DNA of 19,405 nucleotides from a virus: UHGV virus genome UHGV-0147800; one strand, 5' to 3'. Shown piece by piece: positions 1 to 8,686 of this stretch (position 1 is its first letter; each line of letters starts with the position of its first letter). The notes under the pieces were generated by a model. It saw only the letters and a program-made list of their open reading frames with translations, ran no database searches and was not told where the DNA came from. The position numbers and the translations under genes were made by a program.

Positions 1-49
1 GCATACCAAATGCCACTATTCTAGTTGTTCTTAACTGGCTGATATTGAT

Positions 50-2794
50 TCAAATCGCGTTCAGGTCTTTCTTATTCAACCATGCTTCCAGAGCGGCAAC
101 ACTGCGTGTAATTTCTTCGTGTGGAAGGGGGGCAGATAATGGCTGCTGCTCCAGTTGTGCGCAAAGCTGGCTGGCGCTACGCATTCCCAGACTCGAGCAA
201 CTGCTTTTTAGCTGATGTGCGGCACGCTTTATTTTTTCGCTGTTCTGGCTGGCGCGGGCGATGTCGATGTCATCGAGAAGCGGCAGGGCATGTTGTTTAA
301 ATAATGCCAGCCATTCGTGGATCTTCTCCGTCCCCATTAACTGAGCATCTTCATTGAGTTGCGATACATCCAGCGGTTGATCGTTATTGACTTGCAGTTG
401 AAGATAGTGCGCCAGTAACTGACCGAGCACTTCACGCGGCACCGGTTTAGGGATAATCCCGCGAAATAATGAACTGGTACGCTGGCGCAACGTTTCGTCG
501 ATGACATGAGCGCTAAAGCCAATCAAAACCAGCGACGGATATTGCTGTGCCAGTTGCCGGGCAAGCGTAATGCCGTCGATATCGGGCAGATCAAAATCCA
601 CCAGTGCGGCAGCAAACGGTTCGCTATTTTGCAACGTCTCTATCGCGTGCGCGGCATTTCCTACCGCAACGACCTGCGCCCCACTGCTGTTCAACATCTC
701 AACGGTAATCCGCTGGGTTAGCGGGTTATCTTCAATTAACAGCAAACGTAAACCGTCCAGACGCACCGCCTGATTGACTGTTTTTGGCACGGGTGCAGTG
801 GCAACACGTAACGGCAAGCGTAAACAAAAACAGCTTCCAACCTCCGGCGTGCTGGTGGCGCTCAATTCGCCGTCCATCGCCTGGGCCAGACGGCTACTGA
901 TAGTCAGCCCCAGCCCGGTTCCGCCTCGTTTGCTGCTTACCTGAACAAATGGCTGGAAGATTTCTGCCAGTTTCGCGGGATCAATACCGCAGCCGCTGTC
1001 TTCCACTTCGACCAGCCATTGCTCGCCATCAGTGCGGCTACGTAAAACGATCTGCCCTTCGTCAGTAAAACGCAGGGCGTTGCTCAACAGGTTGGTTATA
1101 ACCTGACGAATACGTCGCGGATCGCCCATTAACGCGGTCGGTACATCGTCGGCAATTGCTGTTGCCAGGTGAATCGGGCGACCTTTAACCCGTCCGCTCA
1201 TTAATTGCAGGGTACTTTCCAGCAGCGGGCGCGGTTCAAAGGGCTCATCGCTGACCGAAACATTCTTGCCACCCGCTTCGATAGCCGAATAATCGAGAAT
1301 ATCGTTGAGGATGGTCAGCAACGATTCGCCAGAATCAGTAATTGCCCGCAAATCATCACGCTGGGTGTTAAGTGCCGGGTTATCTGCCAGCAGTTGCGCG
1401 GTGCCGAGAATACCGTACAGCGGTGTGCGGATCTCATGGCTCATCGCCGCCAGAAACGCCGATTTTGCCTGGCTGGCTTTTTCTGCTTCCGCCCGTGCCT
1501 GTCGGTGTTCTATCACTAGTTCCTGCAATTCAGCTGTACGCGCTTTGACCTGCGCCGCCAGCTGTTCACGGTGGCGATTCAGTGCATGAACACTGCTGCG
1601 AAACGCATCCATCAGCCGCCCGATGGTGTCCAGCTCCCGTACGCCAGCGGTTTCCGGGAAAGGGGAGTCAATATCACCGTCCAGCAGCCGTTGCAGCGCC
1701 TGCGTTTGTTCGGCAAGTGGACGCGTGACTGAGCGATAAACCACGCGCCAGAGGATCAGAATCAGTGCGCAAAGTGAAATCATCCCCAGCAATAACAGGC
1801 TGTATTGCCCGCGTGCACTGGCTTTTTCCAGATGCGCCAGTCCGTGCTGATTACGCAGCTCAATGGTGTCGACCAGCTGACTGACTTCGCTACTAAACTG
1901 CGCGAACTGGGCGATGTTATTTTGGGCGAGAGTTTGCAGGCGATTGCTGATTTCACTGTCCTGCTGATACAGCGCCAGCAAATCGCTATATTGGCTAACG
2001 GTAGTTAACGTTGTTGCGACCTGAGCACGAACTCCCGGATCTTCAATGCGTATTTGCCGACGTTGCAGAATTTTCACCGCATTATTGAGCTGGTGTTCCA
2101 GCGTTGCTGCATTTTTCTGGATCTGCTCCAGCCCCAGATTCATCACCATTTGCTGCACCCGCAGGGCGCTAAGGCGCAGTTCATTCATCTGGTTAACATA
2201 CTCAAGATCGATATCAATCAGCCGATCGAGTGCACTTTCTGCGGCCTGACGCTGATCTTGTTCAATCAAATCGTAAATCCCGGCCAGGGTCGCTCCGGCG
2301 GAGGTTGCCGCATTATTCGCCTGACCTTGCGCCAGGCGTGCGATTTCATCGGCGGCGGCGACTATCTGCTGACTAAGTTGCTGTTGTTGCTGGCGCAGTT
2401 GCAAACGCTGCCCCACCAGCTCCCCTTGTTGACGTAACGAACGGGAAATTTCCTGCTCCTGTTGTTCAATAGCGGTGGTATCAAAACCTTGTTCCCGTAA
2501 CGCTTGCAGCAACGCATTAATCTTCAGGCTTTGTGCGGTGAGCATTCGCCCCTGCGCCTGCCACATCTTTTCGTTATCGGCACTGGTCAGGTTCTGCGCG
2601 GCGAAAAGTTCCCAGGCGCTGGCTTCGCTCAACTGGCGCGCCATATTCATGGTAGGAATCAATGCCTGAGTGTTGTCTTTTTCCACCTGGCTGATAAAGC
2701 GCAGGTTGTACCATCCCACCAGGGTACTGGTCAGGGTTAACAGTGCCATCAGGGCAAAGCCCATCCAGAGTCTTCGGGTCAGGGTTAAATTCAC
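50..2794 (-). CDS. torS: Hybrid sensor histidine kinase TorS (TMAO respiration two-component sensor)
   Basis: 914-aa minus-strand ORF starting [10 protein letters not shown] with N-terminal TM segments, a second TM region, histidine kinase H-box ([11 protein letters not shown]), ATPase region, receiver domain and C-terminal HPt-like region. Matches E. coli TorS as recalled. Start codon is GTG at 2792-2794. Confidence 0.9.
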   Translation of the reverse strand: MNLTLTRRLWMGFALMALLTLTSTLVGWYNLRFISQVEKDNTQALIPTMNMARQLSEASAWELFAAQNLTSADNEKMWQAQGRMLTAQSLKINALLQALREQGFDTTAIEQQEQEISRSLRQQGELVGQRLQLRQQQQQLSQQIVAAADEIARLAQGQANNAATSAGATLAGIYDLIEQDQRQAAESALDRLIDIDLEYVNQMNELRLSALRVQQMVMNLGLEQIQKNAATLEHQLNNAVKILQRRQIRIEDPGVRAQVATTLTTVSQYSDLLALYQQDSEISNRLQTLAQNNIAQFAQFSSEVSQLVDTIELRNQHGLAHLEKASARGQYSLLLLGMISLCALILILWRVVYRSVTRPLAEQTQALQRLLDGDIDSPFPETAGVRELDTIGRLMDAFRSSVHALNRHREQLAAQVKARTAELQELVIEHRQARAEAEKASQAKSAFLAAMSHEIRTPLYGILGTAQLLADNPALNTQRDDLRAITDSGESLLTILNDILDYSAIEAGGKNVSVSDEPFEPRPLLESTLQLMSGRVKGRPIHLATAIADDVPTALMGDPRRIRQVITNLLSNALRFTDEGQIVLRSRTDGEQWLVEVEDSGCGIDPAKLAEIFQPFVQVSSKRGGTGLGLTISSRLAQAMDGELSATSTPEVGSCFCLRLPLRVATAPVPKTVNQAVRLDGLRLLLIEDNPLTQRITVEMLNSSGAQVVAVGNAAHAIETLQNSEPFAAALVDFDLPDIDGITLARQLAQQYPSLVLIGFSAHVIDETLRQRTSSLFRGIIPKPVPREVLGQLLAHYLQLQVNNDQPLDVSQLNEDAQLMGTEKIHEWLALFKQHALPLLDDIDIARASQNSEKIKRAAHQLKSSCSSLGMRSASQLCAQLEQQPLSAPLPHEEITRSVAALEAWLNKKDLNAI

Positions 2795-2803
2795 GGTCGG
2801 TGC

Positions 2804-2895
2804 ACTTAAGGTGAATAAGTTGTATATTTAAAATCTCTTTGACTATCAATGAATTAATATAAGCAGGTCATTATTAGTCAAAATAAAATCATTTG
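2804..2895. other. attL: core region plus IHF site and P' arm-type Int sites
   Basis: 2864-2895 CAGGTCATTATTAGTCAAAATAAAATCATTTG aligns with the recalled lambda attP P' arm CAGGTCACTATCAGTCAAAATAAAATCATTATTTG (P'1, P'2, P'3). An IHF-like site TATCAATGAATTA lies at 2844-2856. By spacing the core falls at about 2804-2820 (ACTTAAGGTGAATAAG), unlike the lambda core. Exact crossover cannot be fixed without attR or an empty attB. Confidence 0.6.
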
Positions 2896-3962
2896 TCGAT
2901 TTCAATTTTGTCCCATTCCCGTCCACGGCTATCCCTATACCGCGCAGCCATTGAATCTGATTTATGCCCGAGAAGACGTTGAGCAAACTTATCGCCAATC
3001 TGGTTCCGGTATAGCCTTGCTGACAGGCTACGCAGTTCATGGAATGTTGGCGGGTTTCCATCAAATGAGAGTCCAGATGCATTTCTCGCCTTTGTAAAAT
3101 ACTTTGATACTGTTTTCGGGGAAAGCGGATCGTGATGCTTTGATGCGATTATAGTTTCACTGCTGCTGGCCTCCCTGCATTTCTGTAGTGTATCAGCCAA
3201 TGAGATATTGAGCGCGTCAATCGTTAGCATTAGCGGAATGGCGAGTTTAGCCCCTGTTTTACTCTGTTCAATGTGAAGATGGTTGTCGTTTATGTCTGAC
3301 CATTTCATTCTGCATAAATCGCCCACTCTCTGCCCTGTAACGACAGCCAAATCCATCGCCAGCCTTAGCCAGATAGGGAGAGGTTCGGCTGCATGGTAAA
3401 TCTCGACATACTCATTAGCTGTCAGCCTTGAGCGCCTTACTTCTGACTTTGCTGTACGGGTTGCTGTTACCGGATTCGTTGCCACATGCCCCTCGGCTAT
3501 TGCTTCACGAAAAACGTCAACAAGGGTTGACCTGATTAATTTTGCGGAAGCTGCTTTACCTTCTGCTACGTAGGTGTTTAGCATTGCTGCCACATCTTTC
3601 GTTGATATGTCAGTGAGCGGTTTGTCCGGCAATTTTCTTCGGATTGCCCTGATTTTGCTGGCGTAGTCGAGTAGAGTTTTCGGCCTGATCCCCCTTTCGG
3701 TGAGGATTCTTTCATATCGGTCAAGCCACACATGAAGAGTGATTGCGTCACCGCCTTTAATTCTGTCTATCAGTGATTTGCGTCCGCTGTCTGAGAGTAA
3801 CTCAATATTGGCCTGTATTGCTTCAGTGATTGCTATCCTCCTGTCTCGGCCTAATCCAAACTCTTTACCCGTCCTTGGGTCCCTGTAGCAGTAATATCCA
3901 TTGTTTCTTATATAAAGGTTAGGGGGTAAATCCCGGCGCTCATGACTTCGCCTTCTTCCCAT
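2889..3962 (-). CDS. int: Tyrosine integrase, lambda Int family
   Basis: 357-aa ORF starting MGRRRSHERRDLPPNLYIRNNGYYCYRDPRTGKEFGLGRD and ending HELRSLSARLY...LLGHKSDSMAARYRDSRGREWDKIEIDK, colinear with recalled lambda Int including the catalytic R..H..R..Y region. Overlaps xis as in lambda. Divergent central and core-binding regions fit a different att specificity. Confidence 0.95.
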   Translation of the reverse strand: MGRRRSHERRDLPPNLYIRNNGYYCYRDPRTGKEFGLGRDRRIAITEAIQANIELLSDSGRKSLIDRIKGGDAITLHVWLDRYERILTERGIRPKTLLDYASKIRAIRRKLPDKPLTDISTKDVAAMLNTYVAEGKAASAKLIRSTLVDVFREAIAEGHVATNPVTATRTAKSEVRRSRLTANEYVEIYHAAEPLPIWLRLAMDLAVVTGQRVGDLCRMKWSDINDNHLHIEQSKTGAKLAIPLMLTIDALNISLADTLQKCREASSSETIIASKHHDPLSPKTVSKYFTKARNASGLSFDGNPPTFHELRSLSARLYRNQIGDKFAQRLLGHKSDSMAARYRDSRGREWDKIEIDK

Positions 3963-4158
3963 TTCTGATCCTCTTCAAAAGGCTACCTGTTACTGGTCGA
4001 TTTAAGTCAACCTTTACCGCTGATTCGTGGAACAAATACTCTCTTCCATCCTTAACCGGAGGAGGGAATATCCTGCACTCGCGTACCCATCGACGAACTG
4101 TTTCAAGGCTTCTTGGACGTCGCTGGCGTGCGTTCCACTCCTGAAGTGTCAAGTACAT
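3940..4158 (-). CDS. xis: Excisionase Xis
   Basis: 72-aa product MYLTLQEWNARQRRPRSLETVRRWVRECRIFPPPVKDGREYLFHESAVKVDLNRPVTGSLLKRIRNGKKAKS is essentially identical to recalled lambda Xis. Its 3' end overlaps the int start. Confidence 0.92.
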   Translation of the reverse strand: MYLTLQEWNARQRRPRSLETVRRWVRECRIFPPPVKDGREYLFHESAVKVDLNRPVTGSLLKRIRNGKKAKS

Positions 4159-4184
4159 CGCAAAGTCTCCGCAATTACACGCAA

Positions 4185-4206
4185 GAAAAAACCGCCATCA
4201 GGCGGC
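4185..4206 (-). terminator. Putative intrinsic terminator between the small ORF and xis
   Basis: Minus strand reads GCCGCC-TGAT-GGCGG followed by TTTTTTCTT. The stem is short (5 bp, all GC). The stop codon of the 55-aa ORF lies in the loop. Confidence 0.4.
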
Positions 4207-4365
4207 TTGGTGTTCTTTCAGTTCTTCAATTCGAATATTGGTTACGTCTGCATGTGCTATCTGCGCCCACAGCATCCAGTGGTCATAGCAGTCATTGATG
4301 TTCTCTGCTTCGATAACTCTGTTGAATGGTTCTCCATTCCATTCACCTGTGACTCGGAATTGCAT
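4198..4365 (-). CDS. Small hypothetical protein (55 aa), below the ORF-track length cutoff
   Basis: Minus-strand ATG at 4363-4365 preceded by GGAGA 7 nt upstream (TTATGGAGATGATAA-ATG). Translation MQFRVTGEWNGEPFNRVIEAENINDCYDHWMLWAQIAHADVTNIRIEELKEHQAA, stop TGA at 4198-4200. Flanked by terminator-like hairpins on both sides. Confidence 0.45.
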   Translation of the reverse strand: MQFRVTGEWNGEPFNRVIEAENINDCYDHWMLWAQIAHADVTNIRIEELKEHQAA

Positions 4366-4378
4366 TTATCATCTCCAT

Positions 4379-4401
4379 AAAACAAAACTCGCCGTAGCGA
4401 G
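4379..4401 (-). terminator. Putative intrinsic terminator (second of a tandem pair after the 94-aa gene)
   Basis: Minus strand reads CTCGC-TACG-GCGAG followed by TTTTGTTTT, directly upstream of the RBS of the 55-aa ORF. Confidence 0.4.
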
Positions 4402-4406
4402 TTCAG

Positions 4407-4438
4407 ATAAAAGAAATCCCCGCGAGTGCGAGGATTGT
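4407..4438 (-). terminator. Putative intrinsic terminator (first of the tandem pair)
   Basis: Minus strand reads AATCCTCGCACTCGCGGGGATT (about 9-bp stem with one mismatch) followed by TCTTTTATCT, and overlaps the stop of the 94-aa gene. Confidence 0.35.
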
Positions 4439-4722
4439 TATTCATTGCCGATATTCACCTTTATCGCGAATACCTTTACCGGTTTATCGCCGAAGTGCGG
4501 ATGTGTGATTGTCTTGATTTCATACCCTTCATACGGGACGTCTATTCTGCGACTGGAGTCGTCGCGCTTCGGATATCCCTTTGTGATAATCAGGCGGTCA
4601 TATTCCCGGAACATAATTCGCTTATTCCAGTAGTCATTACACAGGCGATACTCTTCCGTTTTCTCTCCGCGAATCATGGCATCGAAGTATTCACCTTTGA
4701 CGGCAAGTTGAAGGTTAGCCAC
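4438..4722 (-). CDS. Hypothetical protein (94 aa), possibly ASCH/PUA-like fold
   Basis: ORF with GTG start at 4720-4722 preceded by a strong SD (GCAGGAGGTTAACC-GTG). Overlaps the upstream DUF551-like gene by 8 nt. Fold assignment is a guess from the MANLQLAVKGEYFDAMIRGEKTEEYRL pattern. Confidence 0.65.
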   Translation of the reverse strand: MANLQLAVKGEYFDAMIRGEKTEEYRLCNDYWNKRIMFREYDRLIITKGYPKRDDSSRRIDVPYEGYEIKTITHPHFGDKPVKVFAIKVNIGNE

Positions 4723-5095
4723 GGTTAACCTCCTGCGGCGGTTCTGGTAGAGGCATCCAGTGGGTTACCTCCTTGAGATACAGGTCTTCGCCACCACCGT
4801 CATCCCAAGTGGGCTTGCCATCATTAAACCAGTCGCCATATACGCCGACCTGAGTGTTGGGGATGCTTGGTGGGTAGTTGTTTTTAAAGTCAGCAGCTAA
4901 CACATAGCATTGTCGCTCTCCCATTTCTGGCATTCGCTCACTACAGCTTATCCAACTATCCGGAGTTACCGGAGAGTTGCCAGCCTCATACGCCACACGC
5001 ATCCAGTGCATAAGCGTTTCAGTGCTCACACAGCCGCAATCAACATCAATTTTGCCGTGCTGCTGTTCCAGCCATTGCTCAAGCGTAGTGCTCAT
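4715..5095 (-). CDS. DUF551-like phage protein
   Basis: 126-aa ORF ending with the characteristic ...DLYLKEVTHWMPLPEPPQE tail seen in DUF551 phage proteins. Start overlaps the stop of the upstream gene (ATGA). Confidence 0.65.
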   Translation of the reverse strand: MSTTLEQWLEQQHGKIDVDCGCVSTETLMHWMRVAYEAGNSPVTPDSWISCSERMPEMGERQCYVLAADFKNNYPPSIPNTQVGVYGDWFNDGKPTWDDGGGEDLYLKEVTHWMPLPEPPQEVNRG

Positions 5096-5325
5096 TTTTC
5101 ATCCCCCCGATGATGCCATCTGCATCGCATCTCATAACACCCCCACTCAACACGAAAACCACATAGCCTGTGCAGATCCACCCACTTCTGCGCCATCGCT
5201 GGCGACGTGTAAATCACAGTGAATGCGTTATCTTCGTTGTCGATTTGCGTAAACGTCACTTTGTACAACAACCCACCGTCGACACATGCTGTGTTCAACG
5301 ATTTATTGCTAATACCCTCAATCAT
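5092..5325 (-). CDS. Hypothetical protein (77 aa)
   Basis: ORF translationally coupled to both neighbours by 4-nt overlaps. No recognisable motif. Confidence 0.55.
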   Translation of the reverse strand: MIEGISNKSLNTACVDGGLLYKVTFTQIDNEDNAFTVIYTSPAMAQKWVDLHRLCGFRVEWGCYEMRCRWHHRGDEK

Positions 5326-5903
5326 TCGTACTCAACCCCCGCTGTTTTGAATTTGATCCCCGCTGCCTGCAATGCGTGCTCGACGTCGAAGCGGTCCAGC
5401 CATCCACCAAAGTGGTGCGGCATCATTACCACCCGCTCACCGCTATTTATTGGGTGGCCCATACGGGGTTCGTAGCCGTCCGGTAACTCGACTTCCCGCG
5501 CTTCCAGTTCAGCAATACGCTTCTCTGCGGCCTCTGCCCTGCATTGTTCCCGTTGGAACATTTTGTGGGTGCGGTCGAGCGCCTCAAGTCTGGCTGCTGA
5601 TGTTTTCTGTTCTGCTTCAAGCTCAACGCGCAGCTTCCCTACCGTTAACGCAATCTCCTCGTTCTCCTGATCGCGGCTTTTGATGTATTGCAGGTTTCTT
5701 TCCCGTTCATCCAGCAGTGCCAGCACGGTTTCTGGTCCGGTCAGAAATTTGAAGGCGTTGAGCGCATCAATATCCACACCGTAATCTTTAAGTTCCTGTT
5801 CACTTAACAAGTCATCATCAGCTGGCAACATTAACAGGCGTTCCATTGCTGGAATTGCACGTTCCGCCACCTCACGCAGTGCCTGGTAATTAATTTCGCT
5901 CAC
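5322..5903 (-). CDS. Ead/Ea22-like family protein (coiled coil)
   Basis: 193-aa ORF whose N-terminus MSEINYQALREVAERA and central coiled coil resemble the recalled Ead/Ea22 family of lambdoid early-left regions. Position matches the lambda ea22 region. Confidence 0.55.
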   Translation of the reverse strand: MSEINYQALREVAERAIPAMERLLMLPADDDLLSEQELKDYGVDIDALNAFKFLTGPETVLALLDERERNLQYIKSRDQENEEIALTVGKLRVELEAEQKTSAARLEALDRTHKMFQREQCRAEAAEKRIAELEAREVELPDGYEPRMGHPINSGERVVMMPHHFGGWLDRFDVEHALQAAGIKFKTAGVEYE

Positions 5904-6144
5904 TGGCTGCCTCCTGCTTTTCTGCCTTCAACACCATGCGAGAACCATCATCCAGCTCCCACACTATCTCACCACCTTCAGCCATGACCAGTTGCCACAC
6001 CAATTGAGCAGCCTCATTGGTAACATCACGACCTGGATCATTGCCAACGCGCATACGTCCACCTTCAACATCGCGCATTTTTGCCAGCATGATAGTTTTT
6101 GATAGCGGTGAAAAACCAAGCTGTAGTCGTGCTGAATTACTCAC
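5890..6144 (-). CDS. Hypothetical protein (84 aa)
   Basis: ORF in the same overlapping gene chain. No recognisable motif. Confidence 0.5.
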   Translation of the reverse strand: MSNSARLQLGFSPLSKTIMLAKMRDVEGGRMRVGNDPGRDVTNEAAQLVWQLVMAEGGEIVWELDDGSRMVLKAEKQEAASERN

Positions 6145-6623
6145 TGGTTGCCTCCTTTGCGAAGCTGGTCGGCGAACAAACGTACACCAGACGCTTCACT
6201 GCGTAGAAACTTAACGGCATAATCAAAACCACCTCGTTCTGCGTCGTCTGCTCCGTTGTCGAGGTTATCTGCGTACATCTCTACCCCCTGCGCCCGTACT
6301 TCAGCCAGGAAAGCATCGGTGGCTGGGGTTTCAGTAACATCATCTTCCCATTCGCTAAACTCCTCACGACAAAAGTCATTAAATTCCTTCTCAGATTGCT
6401 TAAGCGAGGTATTTTCAGCAGCCATCTTCGCGCATTTAGCCTCAAGGTTATCAATCGTGATTCCAGCAGAACGACACTCCCGCAACGCCGTTTCTAGTTT
6501 TGATTCAAGTTCACCGAACTTACGCACAAGATATTCAGCGTTTGTTTCGTTAACCTTTAAATCTCGTGGGATGCATTTACCTTTCAGAAAACCATCCATC
6601 TCAATTAGTGACATTTGTTTCAT
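6141..6623 (-). CDS. Hypothetical protein (160 aa) with acidic C-terminal half
   Basis: ORF with ATG at 6621-6623, stop overlapping the next gene. Predicted coiled-coil N-terminal half. Confidence 0.6.
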   Translation of the reverse strand: MKQMSLIEMDGFLKGKCIPRDLKVNETNAEYLVRKFGELESKLETALRECRSAGITIDNLEAKCAKMAAENTSLKQSEKEFNDFCREEFSEWEDDVTETPATDAFLAEVRAQGVEMYADNLDNGADDAERGGFDYAVKFLRSEASGVRLFADQLRKGGNQ

Positions 6624-6817
6624 TTCTTCCCACTCCGCAACATCGCATTCAGATATTTGTTGTCATTAACAGAACCGAAACTATTTCTCTTAAGCAATTC
6701 CTCTCTCGATGGCGTTGGCTTTACGCGTTGGCGAATAATCATTTCTGCCGGAAGAATGCCGGGATTGTATGCAAGTCCTCTCATGGTAAATTCCTCAGTC
6801 ATTACTGATAGCGCCAT
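6620..6817 (-). CDS. Hypothetical protein (65 aa)
   Basis: Short ORF in the gene chain, ATGA overlap with the downstream gene. Confidence 0.45.
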   Translation of the reverse strand: MALSVMTEEFTMRGLAYNPGILPAEMIIRQRVKPTPSREELLKRNSFGSVNDNKYLNAMLRSGKK

Positions 6818-7091
6818 AGCGTGAGCGGTAATTACGCAGGCGCGGGTCGATATATTCAGGGAATTTGTCTATTGTCGCTTTTCGCAACGGTCTCATTGCT
6901 GTTTCGTTTGTTCGGTCCTTCTCCTGTTTTAGCGCGAGTTGTATATCGCGTCGGTACATCCGTTCTGCTTTTGTTTCTGGTGTCAGAGCAAGAAACGCGT
7001 CGAAATTGTTTTTGATATTCTCCAGCACCTCCGCCTTGGAGCTACCGGAGCAGTTGCGCGGGTCATCCGCACCATACAGAGGCGCTGGCAT
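6795..7091 (-). CDS. Hypothetical protein (98 aa)
   Basis: ORF immediately downstream of the SSB-like gene. No recognisable motif. Confidence 0.5.
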   Translation of the reverse strand: MPAPLYGADDPRNCSGSSKAEVLENIKNNFDAFLALTPETKAERMYRRDIQLALKQEKDRTNETAMRPLRKATIDKFPEYIDPRLRNYRSRYGAISND

Positions 7092-7114
7092 AATGGGAGC
7101 CTTATTTTCAGTAA

Positions 7115-7702
7115 TCAGAAAGCAGGGTAATCGTTCTGGCTGTAACCATAATCATCTGCATGATTCTGGCTTACGTTTTTAGAGCGATTGTCTTTATCTT
7201 TGAGGCTGGCAACCATGTCGGCGATAGTTTCTGGTTGCTTGCCTTCTGCCTTTTCTTTAAGGGTTTGACCTGTTTGTGCAATAAACGGGATGCGTATTTC
7301 CATCTGGTAGCTGTCTGCGCCAGTCTTTTTGTTTGTGGTTAATACTTTCTGGAGCACTAACCCGATTTTCTTTCCATGAAATTCAGGTGCAACAAATTTA
7401 CTGGCGGAAACCATATGCTGCGTTAATTGTCCAATCCCGGCACACCCCATCATGGCGTGAACGACATTTGCGCCAAATTTGTTTTCCGTTCCGTCATTTT
7501 TCTGAACACAAACGCTAAGATACTGGATTTTACGTCCGTCGTCGGATTCTCCAGAAAACTCAATAAATTTGGCTCCTTTTTCTGATTTCTTTAGTTCTGC
7601 TTCAGTAATGGTAATGATATGGGCGCCAGTTTCGTTAATAAAACCACCTTGCCCTGCGGTCAGTGCTGCTTCTTCGTTATAAGTAAAAATCACGTTGCTC
7701 AT
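7115..7702 (-). CDS. Putative ssDNA-binding protein, partner of the Sak4-like ATPase
   Basis: 195-aa ORF coupled (ATGA overlap) to the upstream Sak4-like gene. Acidic C-terminal tail ...ADDYGYSQNDYPAF resembles the SSB C-terminal motif (D-D-D-I-P-F type). Functional call rests on synteny and the tail only. Confidence 0.5.
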   Translation of the reverse strand: MSNVIFTYNEEAALTAGQGGFINETGAHIITITEAELKKSEKGAKFIEFSGESDDGRKIQYLSVCVQKNDGTENKFGANVVHAMMGCAGIGQLTQHMVSASKFVAPEFHGKKIGLVLQKVLTTNKKTGADSYQMEIRIPFIAQTGQTLKEKAEGKQPETIADMVASLKDKDNRSKNVSQNHADDYGYSQNDYPAF

Positions 7703-8379
7703 GCGGCGTTTTCCTTAATTTGATGAACATTATTGATGCCGTAGTAATCACAAACAGTGGCATCGACGAAAGAGAGATCGTTATCAATCTCATTGGAATC
7801 AAACATTCCTATTGGGGATTTAACAGTGTCTGCACCGTTGTTTTTCGTGGTGAAAAAGAACTGGTCATCGCGGGTAAGGGTGCGAAGAACTATAGTAAAC
7901 ATGCCTTCGACAGTGATTTTCTCGTCCAGCATTTTGCCGATAGTCTTCATTTTCACACGCCCCATAGGGGTTTCTTCGGTGTGTGCGAGAAAATAGACTC
8001 TCAGGTCATCAGGTGCATCCTGTGCAGCCTTAATCACCTCCCATGCGTGGCGGCCTATCTCAGTGAATTTATCAAACGATTTTTCTTCTGAGCGGCGCAT
8101 AAACTCATTGCTCATCACATACTGGAAGTCATCAACAATAACGATTCTTTTCCCGTATTCGTGAGCACGCTTAATTACGGCAACTATTACGTCCCATTTG
8201 TCAGTGGTAACTACGGTTCCTTTTTTTGCTCTGGCATCCCATGCCAGCCAGTCTTTTGATTTAAATGGAAGCGGCTTGCCTATTGGTTTTATAAGTATTG
8301 CTTCCTCTGGATTGATATTTCTCATGCTGGTTGATTTTCCGGTGCCAGATTCACCGAGTATTAATGTCGCAGTTCCCAT
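7699..8379 (-). CDS. Sak4-like RecA-fold recombination ATPase
   Basis: 226-aa ORF with N-terminal Walker A (LILGESGTGKST) and Walker B-like IVIVDD. Size and layout fit recalled core-only RecA-like Sak4 proteins of lambdoid phages. Sits where lambda has bet/exo. Confidence 0.65.
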   Translation of the reverse strand: MGTATLILGESGTGKSTSMRNINPEEAILIKPIGKPLPFKSKDWLAWDARAKKGTVVTTDKWDVIVAVIKRAHEYGKRIVIVDDFQYVMSNEFMRRSEEKSFDKFTEIGRHAWEVIKAAQDAPDDLRVYFLAHTEETPMGRVKMKTIGKMLDEKITVEGMFTIVLRTLTRDDQFFFTTKNNGADTVKSPIGMFDSNEIDNDLSFVDATVCDYYGINNVHQIKENAA

Positions 8380-8387
8380 AATTTGCC

Positions 8388-8576
8388 TCAGAATGGTAAT
8401 TCGGATGGGGAGGAAAGAAACTCACGCTCATTCATGCGCTCTCTTTGTGCCTGCCATAAGCAAAGTTGTTTCTTTGATTTATCTCCCGCTTTACGCCAGT
8501 AACGAGCCTCAGCAATGTGATATTCTCTTTTTAATCGACTTAACTCTGGAGTTTTCGCCAGTTCTACCGGAATCAT
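8388..8576 (-). CDS. Hypothetical protein (62 aa)
   Basis: ATG at 8574-8576 preceded by GGAGG (GGAGGTCAAA-ATG) and overlapping the kil stop (ATGA). The track ORF starts 12 nt further upstream without an SD. Confidence 0.55.
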   Translation of the reverse strand: MIPVELAKTPELSRLKREYHIAEARYWRKAGDKSKKQLCLWQAQRERMNEREFLSSPSELPF

Positions 8577-8686
8577 TTTGACCTCCATTTTCTGTAGGCT
8601 TCGACGGCCTCACGAAACATCTTTTCATCGCCAATAAAAGCGGCGATAGTGAATTTAGTCTGGATAGCCATAAGTGTTTTATCCAT
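8573..8686 (-). CDS. kil: Kil-like host-killing/division-inhibition protein
   Basis: Internal start of the track ORF gives MDKTLMAIQTKFTIAAFIGDEKMFREAVEAYRKWRSK (37 aa), matching recalled lambda Kil at the N-terminus. Start overlaps the cIII stop. Confidence 0.7.
   Translation of the reverse strand: MDKTLMAIQTKFTIAAFIGDEKMFREAVEAYRKWRSK

Noticed and set aside
337-2740. Plus-strand ORFs of 60-127 aa inside torS (for example 2054..2437 and 1205..1519)
   Set aside because: They lie entirely antisense within a 914-aa gene with clear domain structure, and have no RBS or coupling.
4257-4445. 62-aa minus-strand track ORF between the 94-aa gene and xis
   Set aside because: It is in a different frame from the RBS-bearing 55-aa ORF, spans both tandem terminator hairpins, and has no RBS of its own.
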